Source: Mobula hypostoma (taxonomy: Eukaryota). Taken from it: DNA of 64,000 bases. The notes beneath the pieces are model-generated. The model worked only from the letters and a program-made list of their open reading frames with translations. It made no database searches and was not told where the DNA came from. The stretch spans positions 134,976,001 through 135,040,000 of the forward strand of contig NC_086097.1 of the NCBI RefSeq assembly GCF_963921235.1. The letters run 5' to 3'. Below, in pieces: positions 12,071-26,049 of this stretch (the first letter of the stretch is position 1; the number at the start of each line of letters is the position of its first letter). The position numbers and the translations under genes are program-made.

Positions 12071-12361
12071 ATCTATACGCCATCAAGCGATAAAATGACA
12101 ATGGTGACGTACCCTCACAGGAACAGGCGGCCTCCAGACAGATTGAGGCTCTAGTTTAATAAACATCCCTCTGCACGTGGGGCAGAATAATCCCCACCAT
12201 TATGTCTGGGAATTGAGGCAGTCCACCCTCTTTCCCTAGTTTAGAAAAAAATGTTTTTTTGTTGTTGGTTGACTTTGATAATTACTCTATTGAAATGTTA
12301 ATAATTCAGCAGCTGGTCTGTGTATGGGAAGGGGGAGAAACCGTTACAAGGGAGATAGATA

Positions 12362-12548
12362 TATTATGTATGCATGTATATTTTGACCCTTACAAGCTTA
12401 ACTGTGTGTTACATACTGAATGTAACGTAAGAGAGAGCGTTCTAGTTAGATGACTGACAAGCAAAATAAACAACTGCATGTTTGTTCCCCACCTCTCTGG
12501 CTCATGTTGTTCACAGCTATCTGGCTTCCCGGTACCATGAACATAACA
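12362..12548 (+). repeat. 3' LTR of Gypsy element
   Basis: Diverged direct repeat of 5484-5676, preceded by a purine-rich tract (aagggagataga). Confidence 0.88.
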
Positions 12549-14128
12549 GTTGGGGAGGGTTTAAGCTAGTTTGCCAGGGGATTGGGAACCAGAGTGATAG
12601 CACAGAGGACGGGACAATTATGGTAGAGGTAGATGCAGCGTATAGAGAGACTGTGAAGAAGGATAGGCAGAGGATAGGGCACAACTGCAGTCAGTTACGA
12701 GAGTTGAACTGTGTCTATTTTAATGCTAGAAGTATTAGGAACAAGAGTGATAAACTTAGAGAATGGATCAGTAAATGGAACTGTGTCATTGAGGTTATGG
12801 CTGTCACAAGTGCAGGAGTAGCTGCTGAGTGGTCTGGGGTTTGGATGTTTCAAAAAGGGACGGAGTGGGAGGTGAAAGGGTTGGGGGAGTGACATTGCTA
12901 ATCGGAGAGAGTATCGCAGCTGCAGACATCATGGAGGGATCGTCTACTGAGTCAATGTGAATTATTCAGTCGACTCCACAATAGCAACTGAGACATTGTG
13001 AAGCAGATTTTGGAAAAATGCAAATATGACAGGGCTGTTGTCATGAGTGATTTCAACTTCCCTAATATTAATTGGCACTTTCTTTGTGCAAAATGTACAG
13101 AATGGGCAGAATTTGTTTGGTGTGTCCAGGAAGGATTCCTAACACAGTATGTAGACAGGTCAACTAAAGAAGAAGTCATACTGGATCTGGTGCTCAGCAA
13201 TAAGCCTGGTCAGGTGACTGATTTTCTGGTGGGTGAGCATTTCAGAGACAGTGATCACAACTTCCTGACCTTTAGCATGGCTTTGGACAGCGATAGGAGC
13301 AGACGGAATAGGAAAGTACTTCATTGGGAAAGAGTTGCTATTAGACAGAAACTTGGCAACATAAATTGGGAACAGATGTACTCCGGGGGTGGGGGGGGAA
13401 GCACAACAGAATTGTGGAGCTTGTTTAGGGAGTAAACACATGGAATTCTGGATACCTTTGTCCCATTGAAGCAGGGAAAGGATGGTAAGGTGAAGAAACC
13501 ATGACTCACAAGAAATGTGGAATATCTAGTTAAGAGGAAGAAAGAAGCATACTCAGGGTTTAGGAAGCAAGAATCAGACAGGGCACTAGTGAATTACAAG
13601 GTAGACAAGAAAGAGCTTAAGAATGGACTTAGGAGAGCTAGAAGGGGTCATCAGACGGTCTTACCTCGTAGGATTAAGGAAAACCCCAAGGTGTTCTACT
13701 TGTATGTGAAGAACGGGAGGATGACTAAAGTGAGGATAGGACCAATCAGGGATAAAAGAGGAAACGTGCCTGGAGTTGGAGCAGCTAGGGAGATTCCGAA
13801 ATGAATTCTTTGCTTCAGTTTTCGTCAGTGAGAGGGTCATTGAGGAATGTAAAGACAACAACATAAAACAGGCCGACATGCTGGAACATGTTGACATAAA
13901 GAAAGAGGATGTGTGCTGAAGCTTTTGAAAAACATGAGGTTGGATATGTCTCCAGAGCCGGACAGGATATACCAAAGGTTACCATTGGACGTGATGGACT
14001 GCAATTAGGCCAATGATCTCTGCATTCTCACTGGCTGAGAGGGATGGATGGTGGCAAATGTTACTCCTTTATTCAAGAGAGGTAACAGGAATATCACTTG
14101 GAATTATAGACCAGTGAGCTTTACGTAG

Positions 14129-14300
14129 ATTTAAAAACATAAACACGAGGAAACCTGCAGATGCTGGAATTTCAAGCAACACACATAAAAATTGCTGGTG
14201 AACGCAGCAGGCCAGGCAGCATCTATAGGAAACGTCGACTGTACCTCTTCCTATAGATGCTGCCTGGCCTGCTGTGTTCACCAGTAATTTTTATGTGTGT
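14129..14300. mobile_element. Miniature palindromic Penelope pLTR insertion in CR1 RT
   Basis: About 50-bp inverted arms around aacgtcgactgtacctc; 12-bp TSD AGCTTTACGTAG at 14117-14128 and 14301-14312. Confidence 0.85.
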
Positions 14301-14904
14301 AGCTTTACGTAGGTGGTGGGCAAAATATTGTAGAAGATTCTTAGAGACAGGATTTACAAGTATTTGGAGAATATTTAGACAATATTTGGACAATTATGGA
14401 TAGTCAGCACGGCTTTGTGCCTCATGAGCCTGACTGAATTCTTTGATGAAGTTACGAAACTAATTGATGAAGGGATAGCCGTGGATGTGCTGTATATGAA
14501 TCTCAGTAAGGTGTTTGACAAAGTTCCTCATTCAGAAAGTCAGGATGCTTGGGATCCAGGGAAACTTGGCTGCATGGATTCAGAAATGGGCTTGCCCTCA
14601 GAAGGCAGGGGGTGGAAATAGGTGGAGTATATTCTGCCTGGAGGTGGGTGACCAGTGTTTTTCAGCATGGAGGACATAAAGGCTGGTGGTGTTGTGGACA
14701 GTGCAGAGGTGGTTGTAGATTACAACTGGGCATCAACAGAATGCAGAGCTGGGCTGAGAAGTGGCAGGTAGAGTTCAATTCAGAAAAGTGTGAAGTGATT
14801 CACTTTGAAAGGCTGAACTTGAAGGCAAAATACAGGGTTAATGGCAGGATTCTTAGCAGTGTGAAGGAACCGATGGATCTTGGGGATCATCCATGGATCC
14901 CTCA

Positions 14905-15480
14905 AAGCTTTAGGTTCCTCAGCATAAACATCAGCGAGGATCTCACGCGATCTGTATGTACTGGCTGTGTGGTGAAACAGCGTCTCTATCACCTCAGATG
15001 GTTGAAGATGTTTGGTATGGGCCCCCCAAGCTTAAGAACTTTCTACAAGGGCACAATTGAGAGCATCCTGACTGGCTAAATCACTGCCTAGTATGGGAAC
15101 TGTACTTCCCTCAATCACGGGAGTTCCCACTATTCAGGACATTTACAAAGACAGGTAAATAAAAAGGGCTGGAAAGATCATTGGGGACCCACGTCACCCC
15201 AACCACAAACCATTCCAGCTGCTACCATCTGGGAAATGGTACCGCAGCATAAAAGCCAGGACCAACAGGCTCCAGGACAGCTTCTTCCACCAGGCCATCA
15301 GATTGATTAATTCAGGCTGATACAATTATACTTCTATGTTATATTGACTGTCCTGTTGTACATATTACTTATTATAAATTACTATAAGTTGCACATTGTA
15401 CATTTAGATGGAGATGTAACATAAAGATTTATACTCCTCATGAATATGAAGGACATAAGTAATAAAGTCAATTCAATTCA
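14905..15480 (+). mobile_element. Rex1/Babar-like LINE 3' fragment inside CR1
   Basis: FRFLSINISEDL...QRLYHLRWLKMFGMGP..LRTFYKGTIESILTG; AATAAA and (caatt)n tail; CR1 resumes afterwards. Confidence 0.7.
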
Positions 15481-18018
15481 AGTTACAGCGCAAGCTGATA
15501 AATTGGGTAAGAAGGCGAGTGGTGTATTGGCCTTCATTAGTTGAGGGATTGAGTTCAAGAGCCATGAGGTAATATTGCAGCTCTGCAAAACTCTGGTTAG
15601 ACCAGACTTGGAGTATTTTGTTCAGTTTTGGTTCCTTCATTATAGGTTGTGGAAGCTTTAGAGAAGATCAGAGGAAATGCTGCCTGGATTAGGGAGTTTG
15701 CCTTATGAGGATAGTCTGAGGGAGCTAGCACTTTCTTCTATGGAAGGAAGTATGATGAGTGGTCACGTGATAGATAGATAGATACTTTATTGATCCCAAA
15801 GTAAATTATAGTTTCACAGTAGCATTACAAGTGTACAGGTATAAAAATATACAAATACTAGAAGAGAAGTAAGAAAGAATTTTTAAAAAGTTACCTCAAA
15901 CAGTCTAACAGGAGGGTGTCATCACTTCACCGGCTATAGGCTAACCTAGAGAGCCGAATGGCCGAGGGTAAGAGTGACCTCATATCGCGCTGTTTGGAGC
16001 AGCATGGTGTAGTGGTGTACATAAGGGTAACAGCCATAGGTAGAGTGGGGAGCTTCCCCAGAGCAAAAATGGCTAATGAGAAGGGGCATAGCTTTAAAGT
16101 AATTGGAGGAAAGACAAGGGAGGGATGTCAGAGGTAAGTATTTTACACAGATAGTGGCAGGTCCATGGAACACCCTGCCAAGGGCGGTGATGACAGAAAA
16201 ATAGAGGGTTATGTAGGATTAAATTGATCTTAGAGTAGGTTAAGGGCTCAACACAACATTGTGAACCAAAGGGCCTGTACTGTGCGGTACTATTCCATGC
16301 TCTATGTTAATAAAAATAATTGTGTATTTTCATTGATGCAAGCTATTACCTTTTTGGAGCAGGAGACGTATATTTTATTACAATGTGATCATCTGTGCCT
16401 CAATGGGAGTTTCTCAACCTGAGTCAGAAAGTTGGGAGTTTTGAGTCTCATACCACAGACTTAAGCATAAGATCATGATACCCAGTACTGAGTGAGCATT
16501 GCAATGCCAGAGGTGCCATCATTGGGTTGAGATCTTATACCTAATATCTGTATGCCCACTTAACTGTTGATGAGATTTACCACTTGATTGGCTTACTTCT
16601 CTGAAACAGACCAATTCATTTCCTTCGACTGTGTTACTAATTTTTAGTGGTAGGAATATTTGACAATGATGGTCCCGGTTCTTCGTTTGCAAAGATCAGG
16701 AGGGAAACCTCAATCACTGTAGGACTTTTCTTCCCACCTGCACGGCGTAGGTTTATAGTGACGATCGATGCAACACCGATTCCATTCTTTAGGCTGGGGG
16801 ACATTCCACAATGGCACAGTGAGCTGCGATGACTGTGGCGACCACAAGGCTGTAAGTTGTAGCTTTCCTTCTCCTGGACAGACGGCCTGGCAAGGCTAAC
16901 AAGTCCTTCCTACCCAGGTTTGGAATGGGAGTTGCCCTTCTCCTAGGCTGGCTGCCAGCCATTGCTAATGAGCACAGCCTGCCTGCTCTGTTTTACTGCT
17001 GGACACTCGGTCGCGCCATGACATGGCAAACTCAGTGAGAACAGGGACGCCATGTGAAGGCCTTGCTGTGCGCGTGGTGGTGCAGGAGAGGCCATATGTG
17101 AGTGACCTCCTGAATGGACAGCCAAGCAGTGGTCCTGCAGTGATCACTACACCTGGAAGGGAGAGGCTATGGAAAACCTTTCACCTTCCTTAGGTGAGCA
17201 GGACGTCCGGCCCAGGGCTCACCTGTCCCCCATATTGTAACGTCCAGCTGCGACCACACTCAAGAAGCCTCAGGTAATCCAGGGTACTTGACTACTTCTA
17301 AACTTAGTTTGTTAGTTAGTTAAGCCCGTCACCCCCTACTGGGCAAAGGCTGGCAACAGCAGCTTGCCAGAGTTGTCTGTCCTTGGCAAGTCCTTCAAAT
17401 TGTCCCCAGGTGTCATACATTTTCTTGGCGAAGATCCTTCCTTTCCCTGGGATGAGGTCTTGGGAGCTTCTGTTGGTGTTTCTGAAGCTCTGGGATTTTA
17501 CGGAATGGGGATGCTTTTCCCAGGCCCTACCCTCCTCGGTTCATAGCCAGGCTTGGAACCATCCATGGCAGAGTTACCAAACTTAACACCTAAACATTTA
17601 TTCCCTCCATCTCCAGTGCATTGTGGCTGCAGCATGGTTACTCACCCATGCTGCTCTGACAGTACTTCCCAAACAAGCAACCTCCACCACCAAGAGGGGC
17701 AAGAGCAGAATACACCACTTACAACTTCCCTCCATCACACTGACAATGAAATATAACGCCATTCCTTTATCATTACCTGGTCTAAGTTCTAAAGTTCCTG
17801 CCCCAAGAGTACAGACAGCAGCTTACCACCACTTCCTCCAGGGCAACTAAGGATGAGCAATGAATGCTGGACTTGCCAGCCATACCAATATTTTGAGAAT
17901 TCTTTTCAGGAGAAGAAAATCTTGTTTTGTCAATTACATACAGTGTTTATATTCACATCCATTGTAAGATTCTTATAGGGATATTTATATATTGAAAATG
18001 TTTGCCTAATTATCACCA

Positions 18019-18218
18019 ACACACACAAAATGTTGGAGGAACTCAGCAGGCCAGGCAGCATCCAAGGAAAAAAGTACAGTCAACTTCAGCACCCAGGTCT
18101 CGGGCTGAAACGTCGACTGTACTTTTTTCCATAGATGCTGCCTGGCCTGCTGAGTTCCTCCAACATATCGTGTGTGTTGCTTGGATTTCCAGCATCTGCA
18201 GATTTTCGCTTGTTTGTT
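18019..18218. mobile_element. Miniature palindromic Penelope pLTR insertion
   Basis: About 65-bp inverted arms; 14-bp TSD CCTAATTATCACCA at 18005-18018 and 18219-18232. Confidence 0.85.
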
Positions 18219-19084
18219 CCTAATTATCACCAGTTACTCTTTTCATTTGTTTTGTTTTGTTTCACTTTGAACAATTTCAACTGTCTTTTTAGGCCAGGTA
18301 CTCAAACTGAATTTTGATAATGTACGAATGAAGAAAATAGATGTCTTGTGCCTCACTTTAAGAACTCCGGCGATTTTGAAGGTTATTTGTCAAATTCTTG
18401 TTTCCTCACTAATGTTTTGATTAAATGCAACTTGTGAATGATACGGAAAGTTCCAAGAAGCACTCAAACTGGGAAGGAATTATGTTAATGTGATCATGAA
18501 GTTAATTATGCTGTTTCTTAAGCACAAAAATATTTGGCCAACTACTGCCATCCGCATATACCTCCACTCACCCCTCTTCACCTATCACCATCTCCTTTTA
18601 TTTCTTTCTGTTGTTGTTGATCCAATTCCCTTTTGATTCCATCTCTGATATTCGCTTCAATGCGGCATGTGAGAATGAGTTCCAGACTCTCTCCACTCTC
18701 TGAATGAAAATTTTTCTACAGAATTTCTGATTGGATTCACTTGTATCTTTCGTTTTGCAATGACGTCTCTTTTGGTTTTCACACACGCATACTGAAACAT
18801 CATTGGTTCTATCCTATTGAAGTCTTAAAATGACTTTGGACAGATGGGATTAGTCTGAATTGGCATCATGGTCAGCTCAGGCATTGTGGCTGATGGACCT
18901 TTTCCTACGCTATACTGTTCTACATCGTCTATTCATTAACATGTTGAAGAATACTTTTAATTAGCTGTTTTCTGGAGTTGAGAGCCAGACAGTAAGGATC
19001 CTAAACCTTCACCGTCTACCCCACCAGCCTCCACATTCCTCTGTAATTTCCCGCACACCCAGTATGAAGTCTTCACCAAAGACA

Positions 19085-19312
19085 TGGAATTGATGGCTTT
19101 GTGGCAAAGTTTGCAGGTGATACGAAGATAGGTGGAGAGGTATGTAATGCTGAGGAGGGAATGCTATTGCAGCAGGACTTACACAAGTTGGAAGAATGGG
19201 CAAAGAAGTGGCAGATGGAATACAGTGTTGGGAAGTGTATGGTAATGCATTTTAGTCAAAGGAACAATAGTGCGGACTATTATCTAAATGGGGAAACGTT
19301 CCAAACATCAGA
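19085..19312 (+). mobile_element. CR1 RT fragment
   Basis: AKFAGDTKIGG...LQQDLHKLEEWAKKWQMEYSVGKC. Confidence 0.85.
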
Positions 19313-21179
19313 AGGGTGTACCCTAGATACCCATCTAGAGCAGGGGTAGATCTCATGCTCTACCCACTCCATCTGTCCATCACCGTTTCCCCTAATCATT
19401 GTTTCACTCTGCCCTCCCCACCACTTCCTCTTGTCCTCTTGGGCCCTTAGCTCCCACTGGAGCATAGGCCATTGAAGTCCTCCCATCTCCATCATTCACA
19501 GTCAATGGTCTGGTTGGAATTCATCAATGTTTCTATAATCCATTCTATCCACTCTAGCCTATCCAACTTCACCAGAGCCCTGTTGGCCAGCCTTGCCCAT
19601 TTCCACCTCACACAACGGGGACGTAGGGTTGGACTTTGAGAGGCGTCCTCCACACCTGCCTCCCTTTTTACCATTCTCCACCTTCCCCTCAGATCAGATC
19701 CCACCATCTTCCCTGCTTTTCACCCAGACCTATCACCTGCCAGCCTCTGTTACTCTCCTCCCTCATCTGCCTATCACTCCATCTCCCATGACAACTCCTG
19801 GTCCATCTCTTCCTCCCACTTCTCTATACTGACTATATCCCCTCTATCTTTCAGTCCAGAAGAAATAATTGACCCAAAATGTCAACTATCCATTTCCTTC
19901 CACAGAGGCTGCCTGACCCATTGAATTTCTCCGGCGTTCTGTGTGTTGCTCCAAATTCCAGCATCTGCAGTCGCTCGTGTCTCCAAACTGGTACTAGTGT
20001 CATTAAGGCAAAGGGGTGCTTGGCGGTCACCAGAGTTTCCGTGGCTCCTCTATCAGAGGCACCTGAAGATGCTCAGAAAAGTTTCTGACACGTGGTCAGC
20101 TGTGAAAGGCTGCCAGAAGTTAGGATAAATTGCTTGGACACACTCGCTGGCTGCAGCCCACTTCACCGCCTGGGGCAAAGGGCCAACTCACGCTGTCCTC
20201 TGCATCATTGGTAGTGTGAACAGGTAGAGACCTTTGTTGTTGAGTCTGAGCACAGATTAGATCCAGGCAAGTTGAACCAACGTCCCACCATCTTTGTGGA
20301 GGTTTACTTTACTGCTTCCTACATTACCACATTGATGACTTCAGCGGTACTTCACCTCTTCAAAACACTACAGGGCCTGAAAATACTTTTATTAACAAAA
20401 GTCCTTTTACAAATTTCTGATTCAACAGGGGTGGATACCAGGAAGAAGGTTCCTTGGTTGAGCCATCTAGAAGCCATGGTGATAGGCACAGAATTTGGCC
20501 ATTGTGACCTGAGATGAGGAGACATTTCTTCACTCGGGGAGTGGTAAATTGTTTACCCTGGAAGGTTAAGGTGTCAGAGTTATTATCATATTGAGGGGAG
20601 AGAGCACTAAGAAAGAAATCAGACATAATCCTGATGAAGCAACAAACAATCTGCTGGAGGAACTCAGCTTGTTGGGCAACACCAGTTGGGGAGGTAGGGT
20701 GCATGAGGGGGGGGGTGGGGAAAGAATTGTTGATGTTTTGGGTCTTGTATTAGCCTTTCATCAGTCCTGCATTTGAACTCTCACTCTCTAACTACCCTCA
20801 CCTCAAAACTTAAGATCACTTTTTCCTCTCACTAACTGCCCCTGTAAACTCATCATGGACTCTACAATTCATTACCATAGTCTCGTCCTATCAGAGATAT
20901 TCTCTTTGTCCAATCCATCCTTCCGCAACCTCTCTGCAACTTCAAAATTTCCCAGTTCTGCCAAAGGGTCATCGACATAATACTTTAACTATGTTGCTCT
21001 TTCCACTGATGCTGCCTGACCTGCTGAGTGTTTTCTGTATTTTTTTGCTTTTAATTTCATAAATAACCCTAATAATACTATTGTAAATAACGCTATTGTG
21101 AAGGGTAGATGCCCAGACTCTAAGGCCCTTGTATGAACCCCAATGGGAGGGAAGGATTGCGGGAGGGGTTGGGTAAGTA

Positions 21180-21252
21180 TGTGTGTGAGAGAGAGAGTGA
21201 GGGGGTGTGACAGAGAGGGAGCGTGTGTGAAAGAGAGTGGGTGTGAGAGAGA

Positions 21253-21292
<40 letters not shown>
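21180..21292. repeat. (GA)n/(GT)n compound microsatellite
   Basis: Direct reading of the sequence. Confidence 0.9.
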
Positions 21293-21294
<2 letters not shown>

Positions 21295-24200
21295 TCTAAC
21301 TTCTGGCAAAATAACTTGGACTGGACATCACATTGAATTGGATCTTCTGGCTTCACTTTCAGATTCTGAAAACATAATTTTCCATGCCGAGACTCAGATG
21401 GAAGGCAAGTATTTAAATGAAGAGAACCTGCTGTTGAGCGAAGACATCTATGTGCTCATTTCATAACCATGGGTATATTTATATCCATTGAACTAAGGCA
21501 GAGACTATGTTGACCAACTTGCTGACATCTCTCAGTTTACAAAGCTGATTATTTTTAGCAAGAGGCACAACAGTATCATGTGAGAAGACAGACAAGAGTT
21601 GATACGCATTACAGAACAGACCATTCAGCCTGTAATACATGTGCTGGCCCTTTGAAAATCATAGAAATGTACAGCACAGAAACATGCGCTTTGACCCACT
21701 ATGTTCATGCCAACATTTTTGACCATCCACCCAAAATTCTACATACCCACCTTTGCTTTGTCCATTTAAGTCCTTTCTCAATTTCTCTTAAAGATTTGGT
21801 TGTAACTGGTTCTAACACCTCCTCTGACAGCAAGTTCCAGATATCAACTGCTCCCCGTAAAAAAAAGCTTGCCTCACAAATCCCCCTTAAAACTCCTTCC
21901 ATTCACCTTAAACCTCTTATCTTTGATACCTCTGCCACTGGCAAAAGAGTCTCTCTATCTATTCTATCTTTACCTCATTGTTTTATATAGGTAACTTTTT
22001 CTCTTGTTTGTTTCAGAGGGAAAAAACTCATTCTATTTAATCTTTTTGCATAACTAAAGTCCTCCAATCCAGTTAACATCAACTCCCCCTCTGCACTCTC
22101 TCCAGTGGAGCCATGCCCTCTCCATGGCAGCTCTATAGATAGTGGTCTCTGCCTTATCCTTCACCTTGACTTCTCCTCACATAATGTATATATTTCTTTA
22201 CAAGCACAAAAAAATTAGTGAAATTGTATTAAAAAAATGTGAATTAGTAGATGTCTGTAAAGTGAAAGGATTGAAGGGTAGAGAGCAATTTGGAAATAAG
22301 CCACAGATTGAATTAATTCTGTGATTTCAAAAACAGTCTTAAGACAGAACAATTTTATTGAAAGTTAAAAGTGTAATCAGGTTTGTGTTGGGCCCATCCA
22401 ACTCTTTTCAAACAGTACAAGAAATGGATGCTATTTTAATTGAAGCAGAACCTTTGATAAAGTACAAACGTAGAACAAATCTTTCAATTAATCAGTCAAG
22501 CAAAGGAAAACATACCACACTTCTCTGCTATTTGTTGTTCATTTAATCTTGTTGTCCAAAGCCTTAATTTTTTTTTAAACTTTGAAGAACATGCAGTTAG
22601 AGTTGACAATCTGCCAGAGTTGAGTTGGAGCCTTGACAGATGTAAGGTTCATTTATAGGGAGCAAAGAAAAAAAATCAGGTGAAAAGTCATCAGGATTTT
22701 TATAAAACACATTTAAAAATTTCTTTGTAGCTTTTGTTACATGCATATTTTGCCTTGTTGTGTTTTTACTAATATTCTCTATGTGCTTGTACATGCAAGG
22801 ACTGGGCCTCAAGCTGTGGTGCTGCAGCGGGAGGGAACATGCTGGGACTTCTTCATTCCATGAATGTGACTGTCGGTAATGTGTTTTAACACACTGACCC
22901 TGTGGTAATGCTGTCTCGTTTGGCTGAATTCATGAGTATTCATGTATAGTTGAAGGACAATTGAATTAATGAAATGTTAAAAAAGAATTGACTGCCTGAA
23001 TGGTCCAATCAGATAATGAAAAGTTTGTGGGGAAGGTTTCCCATGGTGATGGATACAGCAAGCAATTAATTGCTTTGGACAACAAGATTAAATGCAGCAA
23101 GGCGGAAGGAACAACAATCACCAGAGATGCGTGGTATGTTTTCCTTTGCTTGACTTATTAATTGGAAGATTTGTTCTATTTTATCAAACGTTCTGCTTCA
23201 ATTAAAATAGCATCCATTTCTTGTACTGCTTGAAAAGAGTTGGATTAGTAGGTGAGGTGATTGGAGGGAAAATGTCACATGATGAAACCTTGAAAAATAC
23301 AGGTGAGCAGAGTTGCCAACCTGAACCTGCAACCAGGCTGGGGTCCTCTAAAGAAAGGAGAATGGGCGGGGGGGAACCACAGTCCTTCCTCATCATTTAT
23401 CAGAGTTCATTCTTCCCCAATACTACTCTTTGCAGAACCTAGGCCATCTCCCTTCCTTTCCCTGGGAGAGCCCACAGTGGGGTCTGGGGGTAAGATCAGC
23501 ATCTGTCGTAGACTTGACATTCATCAAAAACTTCCCACCTAAAGGAATAGCAAAAGATTCTGGTGTCTTCCCCCTGTCCTTCTCAGACCTGAAGAAGAGT
23601 CTCAGGCTGAAACGCCGACTGTTCATTCATCTCTGTAGATGCTGCTTAACCCGTTGAGTTCCTCCAGCATCTTGGGTGTGTTGCTTTGAATTTCCAGCAT
23701 CTGTAGACTTTCTCATGTTTAAGAGCAGAAAGCTGTCAGTTCTCATTATCTCATATTTTCATATTACCATTTTACCCTCATATCTTTTTAACAATTGATA
23801 TGGGCATTTGGCCCTCAAAGCATTCCTAATCACTCTAATCCTCCTCCCCCCACACAACTGAATTGCCTTCAACCTAGTCTCTGCTGTGTGCCAACCTACA
23901 GTTCTCCTGCCTCACAAACTACATGAGAAATCATTTACAGCAGCCAATTGACTCAACAGTAGGTTTACGGGATGCGGGAAGAAACCAGAGCATCCAAGGA
24001 GGTCCTGGTGAGCATGAAAACTCCAGACAGACAGCACACACAGTCGGGATTCTATCTGAGTCACTGAAGCTGTGGGACAGCAATAACTGCTGTAAATGCA
24101 ACCGCACAAAGGAAGATTTCTATTCCTTCTAGTCCTCCAGTGCTTCCAGAGATTCTTTACAACCTCTGTGGTAATTTTGAGGTATAGTCACTCCTGTGGG

Positions 24201-26049
24201 AAACATGCCAACTTGTGAATAGCAAGATCCCAGAAATAGCAGCATTCTAATGGCCAGATTAGATGGCAAGGGGTGAGTATGCCTCGGACAAGTACCACTC
24301 AGTGAAAATGGTGGAGAAGTAGTTTTTCCCAACACTTACAAACTCTGCACAACATTCCCCAATGTCTCAACTGCTTGCTGGAGCTTGGGCAATTGAAATC
24401 AGAAAATGCTGGGAGCAGTCGTCAAATTGATTCCTGTCCACGGAGAAAGAAAATAAGTTAACATGGAAAATTCAAAGAATCAAATAGTCTCAGGAGGTCA
24501 GTTCAGCTTTAGTTCGATTTGCATCAGAATTTTTTTTTACAAAGTAAGCAGGTATCTCTGTTGACAGTTCTTAAAGTGCAAGCACCCAGACTTTGGGATA
24601 TTTTGTCATGTGCATTTCCAGATGTCACATCATCCTGACAAGCAGCGACATTATTTGAGGTATGGGCCATAATGATAGGGTACCACGTGAGTTGCTGGAA
24701 TAACTTTAACAAAGTTTAATCCACTGCAGTTTAGCACAGCATTAGCAAATTACTCTCTACACACGTAAGAGGAAGGGAAAGCTGGGCGTGTTAAATGGAG
24801 GGTTGCCAGGGCTGACATTGTATGATTAGATAGAAGCTGTACGAGACTGGATGACAAGTAAGAAAAACAGATAACAGATTTGGCCAATGTACGATTGCAA
24901 ATTAACCAGAGACACATTTGACTCTTGCTGTCATCTCTCCTCTCCAAGTGCTTCTTTGTGCTTGATGTATATGAACTCTCTTGTGACTTATCTAAGTTCT
25001 CTTTGATATACCCTCGAAACGTTGCGTTAATTTAGTTCTTCCTACTTGCTCCAGTTTGGAAAACCAACACAAAAGTGTTTGCAAGCCAATCAAAAGCTTC
25101 CTCTCACAAATCCATGCAGTAGACTATGCAACAAAGCCAGGGATTGGATGGCAAACAGCCCACTAACATTTTGTATTTCCCATAAAAGGAGGCCATTTGG
25201 CCCATTAACTCGACAACAGCTCTCTGAACACTCACATCACGTCCCACAATTATTTCCTTGAAATCAATTCTCCTTCACATGTTCATTATCTCTCCCACTG
25301 TTTTCCTGCCTTCTACCTACACTAGGGGTAATTTAAGGCAAGGAACTATCTGCACATACTTGGGATAGGGGAGGAAACCAGAGCATCTGGTGAAAGCCCA
25401 GGCAGTCACAAGGAGAACATGCAAACACCATAGTTCCAGATGTCAGGATTAAACCCAGGTCCGTGGAATTGTGAGGCAACAGTGCTATCTGATGCACCGA
25501 TAGGCTATCAATCATATCAAAATACTTGTCTCTTTTCATTAGTTTCTCTATAGTGACTCAATCAAAGTTCCTGAGTTCTACTGTCTGTTAAGCTACTGTA
25601 AATCACATGGAACCCCACCAACACCTTGGCCAGACTGAGGTGCACCTAACTCATGTTAAGTTTATTGCCATGTGCGCAGTAGAGGTACAATGAAACACCT
25701 GTTTGCAACAGCATCACAAGCACATAGGTACAAGCAACACACAGTATAAATTATATATAAGTTCACACAAGACAGTGAAGAAAAAATATTTTGCAAGATA
25801 AGACATTAATGCAAAAAATAAACACCATCAGAGACAAGTCTAGGACCAGATGTGGTCTGTTGCTGAGATAGGATTAGGGTTGTGCATGTCAGTTCAAGAA
25901 CCTGATGGTTGCTGGAAGGTAACTGTTCCTGAACCTGGTGAGGTGGGACCTCAGTCTTTCATAACCCAAATTTCTGTTCGGCGATTAATGAATTCTTCCC
26001 TGTGGCAGGCCTTGTCCAATGAGGTGAAGGATGGCAGCTATAAAAATAA

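Larger units (their letters stand above)
5484..12548 (+). mobile_element. Decayed full-length Ty3/Gypsy LTR retrotransposon
   Basis: TGTTA...TAACA termini; TSD GTTAG (5479-5483) / GTTGG (12549-12553); gag remnant from ~5947; protease QMDTDAAVSL; RT WATPVIPVLKRDGSLR and ILDDLLI; RNase H CDASPDGVGAVI; integrase HAGHCG...YFWWPGLD and PWEWP...IHIDF; order PR-RT-RH-IN; many stops and frameshifts. Confidence 0.93.
5360..16306 (+). mobile_element. Decayed near-full-length CR1 LINE interrupted by younger elements
   Basis: ORF1 esterase-like remnant (HWELFWGRYDLDGLHVNSRGTNILAGKF) at 5370-5483 resumes at 12549; APE start LNCVYFNARSIRNK (~12705), MSDFNFPNINW, ILDLVL, SDHN; RT remnants KVFDKVPH and WAEKWQVEFN; 3' tail near 16300. 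Confidence 0.85.
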
